Assembly (NCBI GenBank): GCA_012960035.1
Contig: DUBZ01000058.1
Location: 34,122 to 98,121 of the forward strand
Length of the DNA: 64,000 nucleotides
Origin: Myxococcales bacterium
GTDB taxonomy: Bacteria; Myxococcota_A; UBA9160; UBA4427
Direction of reading: 5' to 3'
Shown: one piece after another, positions 18,446 to 28,550 of the stretch
How the letters are laid out: every line of letters begins with the position of its first letter
How positions within the stretch are numbered: position 1 is the first letter of the stretch
Position numbers and translations under genes: made by a program
Notes under the pieces: model-generated
Databases searched by the model: none
Seen by the model: only the letters and a program-made list of their open reading frames with translations
What the model was told of the DNA's origin: nothing

Positions 18446-19417
18446 ATGGCCAAAATTATCGGAAGCGTTGTTGCTGAAGACGACTACACCCACGAACTGG
18501 GGCCGGAACCGAACTTCAACGAGAGCATGTACTTCAATTTTTTTGACCCAGGGCAGTCGATCGGCGGGTTTGTTCGGTTGGGCAATCGCGCAAACGAAGG
18601 CCAAGCCGAGATGACGGTTTGCATTTACCTCGAAGACGGGCGCGTGCTCTTCGCCTTCAAGCGAGCGGAGATTTCCCACAACGACGCCTTTGATGCAGGC
18701 GGCCTGAAGTTCGAAGTCATCGAGCCGAGTGAGCGATTGCGCACCGTTTACAAAGGTGGCGTGATCGAACTCGACAATCCGAAAGCATTGAGCGACCCGG
18801 GCAAGGCCTTCAAAAACAGCCCGCGTCGTCGGATCACGCTGGACCTTGAACACGTTGCATGTGGTCCGATGTATGGCGAGTCGAAAAATAAACATGAATC
18901 AGAACGCGATGCAGAGAAACAATTCGCGAAGGCGCACTACGAACAGCACATGCGGGTCACTGGGACAATCGACCTCGGCGATCGGCAAGTGGAGATCGCA
19001 GGCTATGGCTTGCGAGACCACTCATGGGGGCCCCGCTACTGGCAGGCCATCGAGCGCTACGAATGGCTGACAATGAACTTCGGCCCCGACTTGGGCGCGA
19101 TGGTGAGCATCATCCAGATCGCCGGCGAGAAAGAACGCCGAGGTGGCGTGATCGTGCGAAACGGTGAATTGATCGGCATCAAGAACGTGACAATCGATGC
19201 CGACTTCGAAGACAATGGGCTCTATCACAGCGGCTTGGTTGCCAAAATCGAAACCAAGACGGGAGAGACCTTCGAAATCAAGGGCGACGTCAAAGGCTTT
19301 ATCCCCCTTCGAAATCGCCGCGACGGCATGACGACCCATATCGGCGAAGGCATGACCGAGTGGACCCTGGGTGACCAGAAGGGCTACGGACTCTCAGAGT
19401 TTCTGCGGCAGGTTTGA
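18446..19417 (+). CDS. conserved hypothetical protein (possibly CrtC/AttH-like hydratase fold)
   Basis: GGAGG RBS; 'NESMYFNFFDP', 'GYGLRDHSWGPRYW'; family not firmly recognised. Confidence 0.75.
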   Translation: MAKIIGSVVAEDDYTHELGPEPNFNESMYFNFFDPGQSIGGFVRLGNRANEGQAEMTVCIYLEDGRVLFAFKRAEISHNDAFDAGGLKFEVIEPSERLRTVYKGGVIELDNPKALSDPGKAFKNSPRRRITLDLEHVACGPMYGESKNKHESERDAEKQFAKAHYEQHMRVTGTIDLGDRQVEIAGYGLRDHSWGPRYWQAIERYEWLTMNFGPDLGAMVSIIQIAGEKERRGGVIVRNGELIGIKNVTIDADFEDNGLYHSGLVAKIETKTGETFEIKGDVKGFIPLRNRRDGMTTHIGEGMTEWTLGDQKGYGLSEFLRQV

Positions 19418-19438
19418 ATCGAAGGTCTAAACGAAAGT

Positions 19439-20680
19439 TTAGATTCGTTCGATGATGACCGCGGGCGCCATCCCGCCACCGGTGCACATCGTGATCAGTG
19501 CCGTGCCCTTGCCACTGCGTTCGAGTTCGTCGAGAGCTGTGCCAATCAGGATCGAGCCGGTTGCTGCGATCGGGTGTCCGAGTGCAATCGCACCGCCGTT
19601 GACATTCACCTTGGCCGGGTCGACGTTGAGGTCGCGCATGAACTTCAACGGAACGACCGCGAAGGCTTCGTTGACTTCGAACAGGTCGATGTCGTCGAGG
19701 GTCATGCCCGCCTTCTCGAGAACCTTGCGTGCTGCAGGGCCGGGCTCATTGAGCATCAACGTCGGACTGCCCGCGGTCGTCGCCATGGCGACAATGCGTG
19801 CCCGAGGTTTGAGGCCACTCTTTTCGACATAGTCGTCTGACGCGAGAATGAGACCTGCTGCACCATCGACGACCCCTGAACTATTTCCTGCGTGGTGTAC
19901 GTGGTTGATGTCCAAGTTGGGGTACGCGCGCCTGACAAGTTCGTTGAAGGTTTCGCCGGTTGCTTCGTCGATCGGCATGCCCATGAACTTGTCGAACACG
20001 GTGGGGAGTTTGCCGAGGGATTCAAGCGTCGTGCTCGGGCGGGGAAATTCTTCGTGGTCCAACGCCAAAGAACCGTCGTCTTTGTAGACGGGCACGACGC
20101 TCTTGTCGAAGTGACCGTTCTCGATAGCGTGATGAGCGCGCTTCTGGCTTTCGGCACCGATGCCGTCGACGTCTTCACGCGCAATGCCTTCGAGGGTCGC
20201 GATCATGTCCGCGCAAATGCCTTGGTGGGGCTGGGGATGAAGGCCGCGAAGGTGCAGGTTGCCCGCGTCGAGGGTGTAGTTCCCGCCGGGCTGCATGGTG
20301 CTGCCCGTGTAAGACATCATCTCGACCCCACCGGCCACGCAGAGATCGTTCATGCCGCTCATAATATTTGCTGCGGCAAGGTTCACGGCAGTAATTCCTG
20401 AGCCGCAGAATCGGTCGAGGGTGAAGGCCGGAGCCTGGACGTCCCACTCCGCGTCGAGCACCGACATGCGGCCTACGCAGAAACCCTGCTTGCCAACCTG
20501 TGTGCTGCAGCCGACAACGACGTCTTCGACATGTGACGTGTCGAGGTTGTTTCGTTCTTGCAGCGCGCGAAACACGGTGCCGAGCAAACGCTGGGGGTGG
20601 ATTTCGGTGAGCGCTCCCTTGCCAATCTTCCCGGTTCCTCGGTACGTCCGTGCTGCGTCGATGATGTTTGCGTTGGCCAC
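19439..20680 (-). CDS. acetyl-CoA C-acyltransferase (thiolase)
   Basis: GTG start at 20680 with AAGGAG 6 nt upstream; active-site 'LDRFCGSGITAV'; C-terminal 'MCTGGGMAPAVIIE'. Confidence 0.95.
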   Translation of the reverse strand: MANANIIDAARTYRGTGKIGKGALTEIHPQRLLGTVFRALQERNNLDTSHVEDVVVGCSTQVGKQGFCVGRMSVLDAEWDVQAPAFTLDRFCGSGITAVNLAAANIMSGMNDLCVAGGVEMMSYTGSTMQPGGNYTLDAGNLHLRGLHPQPHQGICADMIATLEGIAREDVDGIGAESQKRAHHAIENGHFDKSVVPVYKDDGSLALDHEEFPRPSTTLESLGKLPTVFDKFMGMPIDEATGETFNELVRRAYPNLDINHVHHAGNSSGVVDGAAGLILASDDYVEKSGLKPRARIVAMATTAGSPTLMLNEPGPAARKVLEKAGMTLDDIDLFEVNEAFAVVPLKFMRDLNVDPAKVNVNGGAIALGHPIAATGSILIGTALDELERSGKGTALITMCTGGGMAPAVIIERI

Positions 20681-20923
20681 GATCTTGCTCCTTTGAAGCC
20701 GCGTTCGAGCGGGAAAGAGGGTTTGGCGATTGCGCGGACAGACTGTAACGAGTCTCGCGCTCGTCCGCGTGCCTTGGGGCAGCTCGCTTTTGACCGCAGG
20801 ACGGGGACAACGCATGTGCTGGATGTGCGCGAAAATGCGAATCGCCCGCGATCTGAACGGAGCTAGACTTTGCGGCTGCCGATCTTCTGCCACTCTCAGA
20901 GTTTACTCAATGGAATCGAAGCG

Positions 20924-21886
20924 ATGATTCACTACAGCGAACCCCCCTTATTGCTAAAGGGCGTCATCGACAACACCGAGGATGTCGTGCGACTCCTCGA
21001 GCAAAATGCACCCTATACCCCGCTCGGAGGTTGGTATCGCCCCGAAGCCGACATGGACGCGGCAACCAACGCGATGTGGTTTCAAAACGATTGGGTGCAC
21101 GCAGACCTGCAGGTACCGGGCTCGGAGCTATTCCTTTTTCACGAACGCGTGATGCAAGCCGCGCGCGACTTTTACAACGCCGAAGTGATTCTTCCGCATA
21201 GCGTGTACGTAAACATGATGGCGGCCATCGAAGTCTGCGGGCCCGCGCACACCGATAACCCCCGATTTCACGGCCGCGATCGCAGCAACACCCCGATGTG
21301 GATGTTGCGGTCCATGTTCTGGTCGGGACTCTTCGATGAATATTCGATCGTGCAAGCGACGTCGATCTGGTGGATGAACGACGTGGAAGGCGGCGGCCTT
21401 TACTATTGGCCCGGTGGACCCGACAAGCCCCCGGAAGAACATGTCGGCGACATGGCGAACACCGCGTTGGTTGGTGACAACCACGGCATGTTTCACCAGG
21501 TTGGGCCGGTGGGTCCCTTTGACCAGGGAACCCGACTCGTCACACCCAGAGCCGAGCTTGCCCCCGCACAAGACGAAAGCGGTGATTGGGTTGTAATGGA
21601 TCGAGGCGAAGTCCAGTATCGCGCGCCCATCGAGGACTATCGGGTGAGCGTTCTCTGGAAGGCAGACGTGTATCGCAACGAAGAGGAGCGACAGCGTAAA
21701 GTCGCAAACTCGCTTTCGATTCCCGACGTAGTCGCGATCTTCAATCGAGAATTCGAAGACAAACGAATCGATCTTCGTATTGATGTCGATGCGGTCGAAG
21801 ACTTGGGTATTGCGTCGGCCGTTGGCGCGCTTTATCCCGAAGCGGTCCCACGAGAGAAGCGTCCCTCGATGTACGACGCGATCTAA
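20924..21886 (+). CDS. hypothetical protein, possible cupin-type non-heme Fe oxygenase
   Basis: Internal ATG at 20924; 'GPAHTDNP' (H-x-D) and a distal 'NHGMFHQV'; otherwise unrecognised. Confidence 0.7.
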   Translation: MIHYSEPPLLLKGVIDNTEDVVRLLEQNAPYTPLGGWYRPEADMDAATNAMWFQNDWVHADLQVPGSELFLFHERVMQAARDFYNAEVILPHSVYVNMMAAIEVCGPAHTDNPRFHGRDRSNTPMWMLRSMFWSGLFDEYSIVQATSIWWMNDVEGGGLYYWPGGPDKPPEEHVGDMANTALVGDNHGMFHQVGPVGPFDQGTRLVTPRAELAPAQDESGDWVVMDRGEVQYRAPIEDYRVSVLWKADVYRNEEERQRKVANSLSIPDVVAIFNREFEDKRIDLRIDVDAVEDLGIASAVGALYPEAVPREKRPSMYDAI

Positions 21887-21948
21887 AGCGTCGTCCGTCA
21901 GCCCAGTGGACGACTTCCCACCGCCGAGCGGGAGGCTTAGGCGTCCCG

Positions 21949-23493
21949 CTACAAAATAGCTTCGATGAGCCTTGGGCCCTGGGTCGCGAGTGCGGACTCG
22001 AGCTGAACGTTGAACTCTTCGGCAGTGCGCGCCGCGGTGGCCTCGACTCCCATCCCTTCTGCAAGTGACACCCAGTTTAGATTCGGGTTCCCAATGTCCA
22101 GCGTCGAGAGCGCCTTGGGCCCGCCAACCCCGGCGCCGACGCGACCCAGTTCAATGTTGAGGATCGCGTACGACCGGTTCGCGAAGATCACGGTTGTGAC
22201 GTCGAGGTTTTCGCGCGCCATGGTCCAGAGAGATTGCAGGGTGTACATCGCACCTCCGTCACCGTGCAGGCAGACAACTTTGCGATCCGGTGCGGCAACT
22301 GCTGCGCCGACCGCAACCGGGAGTCCCATGCCGATTGAGCCTCCGGTGAGGGCGAGATGATCGTGGGGCTTGGCGGTGGCGGTCAGAAACCCCGGCGCCA
22401 AACCGTTGGTCGCTGCTTCGTCGACGATGACTGCATTGTCGGGGAGTAACCTCGCCAGCGCCTGGCCGATCGAAGATTGCCCGAGTTGCCCTGTCGCGAA
22501 GTCGGGCAACGCCAACGCTACGAGCGTGGGTTTCACCCCTGAAGCGCCGGTTGCTTCGGCGAGCTCTTCAAGTGCTTGTACGCCGTCTTCGTGAGGATGC
22601 GCGAGATGCATCACGTCACACTTTTCCGGCACGCAATCGCTCGGCTTGTCCGGGTAGGCAAAGAACGAAACCGGGGCCGTTGATCCAACCAGAATGAGCA
22701 AGTCGGTCTCACCAAGAAAGTCGACGATCTGTTCGGCGAAGTAGGGAAGTCTTTCGACTGCGGGAACACCCGCGCCGCGTCGGAGTCGGGGTGCGAACGT
22801 GTCGCAGAGAATACGGGCGCCTGTCTTGGCGGCGATGCGCGACGCGTGCTCGAGTCCTTCGGCTTGCAATGCCTTGCCTCGGATCAAGATGGCCGGTCGC
22901 TCGGCGGTGCGGAGCTTATCTGCCACGATGCCTGCAAGACCATCGGCGATCTGCGCCGGAGCCGCGATTGTGAGCGGTCGCGCCGGCCCCGTGGCTTCGT
23001 CCCACGCCGTGTCGGCGGGAAGCAAGAGCGTTGCGATTTGTCCGGGCGCGCGCATTGCCGCTTGAACAGCAAGCGCTCCATCTCCGGCGACCGTCTTGCT
23101 CGACTTCGACGTCTTCATCCAGTGAGACACCGGACGAGCAAAACCTTCGAGATCGGAAGTCAGCGGCGCGTCGTACTGAAGGTGGTAGGTGGCATGATCC
23201 CCGACCACATTGATGAGTGGGGTTCCGGCGCGGCGCGCATTGTGAAGGTTCGCCAGCCCATTGCCCATCCCGGGTCCAAGATGGAGCAGCGTCACCGCCG
23301 GCTTCTCGAGGATGCGCCCGTAGCCATCCGCGGCACCGGTGACGACGCCTTCAAACAAGCACAGGATCGGTCGCATCCCCGGCACAGAATCCAACGCGGC
23401 GACGAAATGCATTTCTGAAGTACCCGGGTTTGCAAAGCAGGTATCCACCCCGCAGTCGGTCAGCGTACGCACGAGTGATTCGGCGCCATTCAT
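21949..23493 (-). CDS. thiamine-diphosphate-binding enzyme (acetolactate-synthase-large-subunit-like)
   Basis: True start is the ATG at 23493 ('MNGAESLVRTLTDCGVDTCFANPG'). ThDP motif 'LHGDGGAMYTLQSLWT...FANRSY'. ATGA overlap with the ADH stop. Confidence 0.9.
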   Translation of the reverse strand: MNGAESLVRTLTDCGVDTCFANPGTSEMHFVAALDSVPGMRPILCLFEGVVTGAADGYGRILEKPAVTLLHLGPGMGNGLANLHNARRAGTPLINVVGDHATYHLQYDAPLTSDLEGFARPVSHWMKTSKSSKTVAGDGALAVQAAMRAPGQIATLLLPADTAWDEATGPARPLTIAAPAQIADGLAGIVADKLRTAERPAILIRGKALQAEGLEHASRIAAKTGARILCDTFAPRLRRGAGVPAVERLPYFAEQIVDFLGETDLLILVGSTAPVSFFAYPDKPSDCVPEKCDVMHLAHPHEDGVQALEELAEATGASGVKPTLVALALPDFATGQLGQSSIGQALARLLPDNAVIVDEAATNGLAPGFLTATAKPHDHLALTGGSIGMGLPVAVGAAVAAPDRKVVCLHGDGGAMYTLQSLWTMARENLDVTTVIFANRSYAILNIELGRVGAGVGGPKALSTLDIGNPNLNWVSLAEGMGVEATAARTAEEFNVQLESALATQGPRLIEAIL

Positions 23494-25664
23494 GGTTGGA
23501 TGTCCTCGGAGGTCGGGTTTTCGAGTTTGTAGATTCTGCCGGCTTCCGCGAGTACGTACTGACGAATCGCTTCGGCGTCTTCGACTGTGACGAAGTCCTT
23601 GAAGCTCACCATACCGTTGTTGGCGAGGATGCCGTCGACCACGATGTCTTTCCAGATCCCGTGGATACTGGGTGTTGCGTAGCGCAGGTCGGGGTTCAAG
23701 CCGCCGGTCCGAAGGCCGTCGCCGTGGCAGACTCCGCAGTGTCGCTGGTAAACGACTCGACCTCTCGAAACGACCTCGTCGCTTGCCGACACCGGTGCTG
23801 GCTTGGGCATGGGCATCACGACATCCGTTACCGCGGGCAGCGTGAGGCTTGCGCCTAGCTTGTAAACCAGCACGCGAGGGATGTTCGGGATCTTCCAACC
23901 GTGGGCGACGACGCCACCTTCGGCAGCGAAGCCACCCCCGAAACCCACAGCTACCGCGACGTACTGTTCGCCTTCGATCGCATATGTAATGGGTGCAGCC
24001 ATGACACCGGTTTGCGTATCCTGAGACCAAAGCTCGGCGCCGGACGCAGCGTCGTACGCGTGCAGGTGTCCGTCGTCGCTGCCTTGGAACACGAGACCTC
24101 CCTTTGTGGTGAGCGTTCCACCCATCGCAGGACGTCCCGCCTTGCCCGTCCAACGCGCTTCTTGCTTCACCGGGTCCCACGCAACCAACTGCCCGCGAAA
24201 TGATTCGTCGAGAATTTGATTCACTTGTTCCGGGGGAAGCTCGGGCGGCGATGCACCCATGCGGTCGAAGCCTGTATTCCAAAAGCCGCCGCCAGGCGTT
24301 CGATCTTCTTCGTTGGTTGGCGACTTGAACGCAGCCGGGAAAACCATCGTCGGGATATAGACGAGCCCCGTGTCCGCGTTGTATGACATCGGTGGCCAGT
24401 TGTGCCCGCCGCCATTGCTCGGCACGACAACTGTCTTGCCATCGAACAAACGCGCGTTCGGGGCTTCTACGGGGCGACCCGTGGCGAGGTCGATCTCGCT
24501 GGCCCAGTTGACCACGGTGTAAGCCTTGGCCGAAATCAACTCACCCGTCTCGCGATCAATGACGTAGAAGAAACCATTCTTCGGCGCCTGCATGAGCACC
24601 TTGCGCTCGACGCCGTCGATTGCCAGGTCGGCCAGCATGATGTGCTGGGTCGCGGTGAAGTCCCAGGTTTCTCCCGGGGTTGTCTGATAGTGCCAGACGT
24701 ATTCCCCGGTGTTTGGACGCAATGCCACGATCGATGCGAGGAAGAGGTTGTCGCCGCCGTCGGGACTCCGGAGTTCTTGGTTCCAAGGCGAGCCGTTGCC
24801 AACACCGATGTATAGAAGGTCGAGGTCGGGGTCGTAGGTCATTGAATCCCATACGGTCCCACCGCCTCCCCACTTCCACCATTCGCCAGTCCATGTCTTC
24901 GCGGCGCGCTCCATGACTTCGTTTTCGAAACCATCCGCCGGATTTCCAGGGACGGTGTAGAAGCGCCAGGCCTGTTCGCCGGTACCGATGTTGTACGCGG
25001 TGACGTAACCCCGCACGCCGAGTTCCGCTCCGCCGTTGCCGATCACAACGTTGTTGCCTGCAACCTTCGGCGCCCCGGTAATCGTGTAGGGCTTCGTCTG
25101 GTCTGTGGTTTGTGCTTCCCAAATGACTTCGCCGGTTTCTGCGTGCAGTGCGATGAGACGACCGTCGATCGCGCCGACAAAGATTTTGTCGGGCGCATCG
25201 CCCGAGCCTTTGTGATAAGCGACGCCGCGATTCACCACGTCACAACAGGCCTTGGCGAGGAACGATCGATGCACCTTGGGGTCGTGCTTCCAGCGAAGCG
25301 TCCCGGTTTTCGCGTCAAGTGCGTAGACGACCGACCAACCCCCCGTCACGTAGAGCATGCCGTCGACCATGATCGGCGTGGCTTCGACGCCGCGGAACGT
25401 GTCCATGTCGAACGACCAGGCGAGCCCGAGCTCACTTACGTTCTTTGAGTTGATTTGGGTCGGTGATGCAAAGCGCTGCTCTTTGTAGTCGAGGCCATGA
25501 AGCGGCCATTCGATCGGAGGGATCGTGTTCGCCTCGGACGGTGTGGACGGAGGTGATGACGGGGCTGCGTCCGTGGTCGGCGCGTTCTCCTGCTGGGCGC
25601 AGCCCAGCAGCGAAGCAACCATAAGTATGCCACCCATCACGACTTGCCCGGTTCCAGTGCGCAA
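23490..25664 (-). CDS. PQQ-dependent quinohemoprotein alcohol dehydrogenase (type II, C-terminal cytochrome c), lipoprotein
   Basis: Vicinal Cys pair 'KACCDVVNRG'; propeller repeats; C-terminal heme site 'HCGVCHGDG'; lipobox 'ASLLGC'; TTG start at 25664. Confidence 0.95.
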   Translation of the reverse strand: MRTGTGQVVMGGILMVASLLGCAQQENAPTTDAAPSSPPSTPSEANTIPPIEWPLHGLDYKEQRFASPTQINSKNVSELGLAWSFDMDTFRGVEATPIMVDGMLYVTGGWSVVYALDAKTGTLRWKHDPKVHRSFLAKACCDVVNRGVAYHKGSGDAPDKIFVGAIDGRLIALHAETGEVIWEAQTTDQTKPYTITGAPKVAGNNVVIGNGGAELGVRGYVTAYNIGTGEQAWRFYTVPGNPADGFENEVMERAAKTWTGEWWKWGGGGTVWDSMTYDPDLDLLYIGVGNGSPWNQELRSPDGGDNLFLASIVALRPNTGEYVWHYQTTPGETWDFTATQHIMLADLAIDGVERKVLMQAPKNGFFYVIDRETGELISAKAYTVVNWASEIDLATGRPVEAPNARLFDGKTVVVPSNGGGHNWPPMSYNADTGLVYIPTMVFPAAFKSPTNEEDRTPGGGFWNTGFDRMGASPPELPPEQVNQILDESFRGQLVAWDPVKQEARWTGKAGRPAMGGTLTTKGGLVFQGSDDGHLHAYDAASGAELWSQDTQTGVMAAPITYAIEGEQYVAVAVGFGGGFAAEGGVVAHGWKIPNIPRVLVYKLGASLTLPAVTDVVMPMPKPAPVSASDEVVSRGRVVYQRHCGVCHGDGLRTGGLNPDLRYATPSIHGIWKDIVVDGILANNGMVSFKDFVTVEDAEAIRQYVLAEAGRIYKLENPTSEDIQP

Positions 25665-25908
25665 ACGTTCCCTTTCTCAAATCCGGTTGATCTAGCGGAG
25701 TATGGCTACGCGGCCCTCCGAGACCACGTCGGTGACGCAATACGCGTGAGCCAGCACGAAGCGCAGGGTCGCATCCTACCGAATTATCGAACAAGTCTGA
25801 AAAACCGCTGCGCGCAGTAACCCAGAAACGAAGCAGGTCCCGCTCCTGCGTGGGCGCGTCGTGCAAACGGTTCAAAGACGCGATCGGTACTCGGTGATCC
25901 ATTCCTCG

Positions 25909-27891
25909 CTAGTGACCCTTGGCGTGGCTCGCTTGCTCGCGGTACACGCGCAGGACTTCGCCGGAAAGCCAGTCCACTGAAACCTGGTAAGCGGACTCTC
26001 GCGAGAGGTGGGTTCCATCCGGGCGGTAGTCATCGTTCATTTCACCGCCGGGTAGGCTGTGCAGATAGCCGCGTAGATCAATCACTCGCACTTTCTCGGG
26101 ACGGGCTTGTTCGAGTTCCAAGATCATCGCGTTCCATCGGTCAATTCGAACGGGGTCAGACGCAGGAAAGGGTTCGTCGGGGATCTTGTCGAAGAGCCGG
26201 ACGGCGATGGCGGGATGAGTTAACCAAACGACTAGTGAGCCGTCTTTGGAAAGCACGTCTGTCGCGGCCAAGAGCTCGTCGCGCAGGTACCGATCAAGGG
26301 TGGGGTCGCCGATCGAGCGCCACGTGGTGTCGCCCGGTAGCCGGCGGTCGCGGAGATCCCAGCTCGCCGACATCACCACCGCGATGTCGGGTTGCTCTTG
26401 GCGAATCGCACGGGCCCACGACTCCTGAAAACCGGGGCAATCAAGCTCACGATGTTCCCAGCTGCCGGTTCGAATCAACCCCTTGCGTACGATGCCGCAA
26501 CCCAGTCGTGCGGCGCCCCGACTAAAGCGCATGGCTCCGGTTTGTTTTTGCGCGTAATGAAAGCCAATCCCCAATCGCAACGCGGTCGAGTCGCCAAAGA
26601 AAGCAACTCGGGGTGCTTCACTCGACAGCGTCGGCGGTGGCGGATCGGTCGGTGGCGTGTGACTCCGGATGAAGCCATCTACATACGCGTCCAAGTTTTC
26701 GAGATCGACCGCAAAGCTGGATTGCGGCTTGGGAACCAGTGAGACGGCGATCCACACGACTGCGAATGCGACCGGTAGCGCTGCGAGGCCAGCACGCCCG
26801 GCGAGAAATGGACCCCGCCGAACCGGGTTTTCGAGCCAACGAAGGGATAGCGCGGCAAGGGCAAAGGTAATCGAGAGCCGCAACGCAAAGAGCCCAGCGT
26901 CACCGAGACCTGTGCGGTCTGCGGTGAGCGTGAGGTAGATGGGCCAATGAAAGACGTAGGCCCCATACGAGATGCGTCCGATCCAACGAAGTATAGAATG
27001 AGACAAGACCGCGCGGACGACACCTCTCGGTTGAATCGCCGCCGCAATCACAGCCACCGACAACAGCGAATAAGCCGCGAACCCACCGGCGTACAACCAG
27101 CTCGAGTGCAGGTTGATCGTCGACCACCCTGCGATCATCGCAACGAGAGCAAGACTGCCGGTGGTTTGCACTACGCGCGCAGAGCGCTGCGACAGTTGAG
27201 TGGTCGCCGGAAGCAAGACCGCGGCGAGTGCACCCAACAAGAGCTCGGCTGCGCGCGTGTCGGTGCCGTAATAGATGCGATCCGTTGATGCGCCGGAACC
27301 ATTGAGTACCAGCGCAGCCGCGATTGACGCGAACGCCAGCGACGAAAGAAGACCGACAAAGACCTTGCGCGACCCTTTCCCCACCCAAAGTCCCGCAACG
27401 GCGACCAAGGGAAACACAAGATAGAACTGTTCTTCGATCGCGAGCGACCAGAAGTGTTGAAGCGGGGAGGGGGCTTCGAACATGGCGGCGTAACTGGCGT
27501 TGGAAAATAGGAAGTGCCAGTTGGCGGCGTAGAAGAGAGACCATCGAACGTCGGCTTCGAGGCCTCGGACCTGGGAAGTCGTCGCGGCCCACGTCCCGAA
27601 AGCGGTCATGAGTAGGAGGGTGAGCAACGCCGCGGGCATCAGGCGTCGAAATCGCCGCTCCCAGAATCGCAGCAAATCGATGCGGCCAGCGCTCTCCCAT
27701 TCGGCCAGCAGTAACAATGTGATCAAGTAGCCCGAGAGCGTGAAGAACGTCGGGATGCCGAGGAACCCGCCCTTCGCCCAAGTGAATTGCGCGTGGTAAA
27801 GCAGGACGCCGAGCAAAACCAGGCCGCGAAGTCCCTCGAGCCCGGGTTCGAAGCCAATACGCCTGCGAGGCGCTTCGCTCTGGATACTCAT
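25909..27891 (-). CDS. acyltransferase-3 family protein with a C-terminal SGNH domain (OafA-like)
   Basis: 'LEGLRGLVLLGVLLYHAQF', about 10 TM helices, then 'RVAFFGDSTAL'. Confidence 0.85.
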   Translation of the reverse strand: MSIQSEAPRRRIGFEPGLEGLRGLVLLGVLLYHAQFTWAKGGFLGIPTFFTLSGYLITLLLLAEWESAGRIDLLRFWERRFRRLMPAALLTLLLMTAFGTWAATTSQVRGLEADVRWSLFYAANWHFLFSNASYAAMFEAPSPLQHFWSLAIEEQFYLVFPLVAVAGLWVGKGSRKVFVGLLSSLAFASIAAALVLNGSGASTDRIYYGTDTRAAELLLGALAAVLLPATTQLSQRSARVVQTTGSLALVAMIAGWSTINLHSSWLYAGGFAAYSLLSVAVIAAAIQPRGVVRAVLSHSILRWIGRISYGAYVFHWPIYLTLTADRTGLGDAGLFALRLSITFALAALSLRWLENPVRRGPFLAGRAGLAALPVAFAVVWIAVSLVPKPQSSFAVDLENLDAYVDGFIRSHTPPTDPPPPTLSSEAPRVAFFGDSTALRLGIGFHYAQKQTGAMRFSRGAARLGCGIVRKGLIRTGSWEHRELDCPGFQESWARAIRQEQPDIAVVMSASWDLRDRRLPGDTTWRSIGDPTLDRYLRDELLAATDVLSKDGSLVVWLTHPAIAVRLFDKIPDEPFPASDPVRIDRWNAMILELEQARPEKVRVIDLRGYLHSLPGGEMNDDYRPDGTHLSRESAYQVSVDWLSGEVLRVYREQASHAKGH

Positions 27892-27989
27892 CGCCTGCGA
27901 TTGTCGCGGATTGTTCGACGCTGCGAAAGCATCTCGTGCATGAGCTCTAAATGCGAATCGGAAATGAAACAGAGTTTCGGGAAGTGAAC

Positions 27990-28391
27990 TTACTTGGGGT
28001 CGAGACGTAGAATGCGCCTGGGTGGAAAGCTTGTCAGGATTCGAAAAAGTACGCCCGGATCGTTTTCTGTATGCACGCGTCGATGTTCCGTGCCATCAAT
28101 GGGCACCGCGGTATAGGTCGCTTTTGTCCCGTCGATCGTTGCTTGAACGTTGGGGTTTGCAAGAGCTTGCCGATACCAAGCGCGGGGCCAGTGGTTTGCG
28201 GCGACGTAGATGTGCCCGTCGGTTTCAAGACGCGCAAGGACTCGGTCATTCGTGACCTCGTCCTCGCCGGTCGTCGTGATGATGAGTGTATTTCCAGCTT
28301 CGGGTTGGATGATCCCGATCATGGATTCGAACGCGATGACGATCCCCGCGTAGATAAGAATGGCTGCGATGATCACTTTTGCAGTTTTCAT
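27990..28391 (-). CDS. membrane-anchored DDN-like (deazaflavin-dependent nitroreductase family) protein
   Basis: ATG at 28391; TM 'VIIAAILIYAGIVIAF'; 'HIYVAANHWPRAWYRQALANPNVQATIDG' resembles the W-Y-x-N-L-x-A-N-P-x-V motif. Confidence 0.6.
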   Translation of the reverse strand: MKTAKVIIAAILIYAGIVIAFESMIGIIQPEAGNTLIITTTGEDEVTNDRVLARLETDGHIYVAANHWPRAWYRQALANPNVQATIDGTKATYTAVPIDGTEHRRVHTENDPGVLFRILTSFPPRRILRLDPK

Positions 28392-28550
28392 GGTTTTACT
28401 CCGAAGTGGCGGCCAGATTCTAGCGCGCGACATCGCGTTGATACGTCGGGATGAAACGGTGTCAGGTCTGAGTCTAAGGAGCGCTGGGCGAATGGCAAGC
28501 GAGTCTCTATCGTACTTGAGACACGTAGCGCTCGAAGAGGATAGCATGGC

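Noticed and set aside
21949-24282. 777-aa track ORF that suggests a giant fusion protein
   Set aside because: Its first ~263 residues are Arg/Gly/Pro-rich low-complexity sequence and lie entirely inside the PQQ-ADH gene in another frame. The recognisable ThDP enzyme begins at the ATG at 23493, which overlaps the ADH stop.
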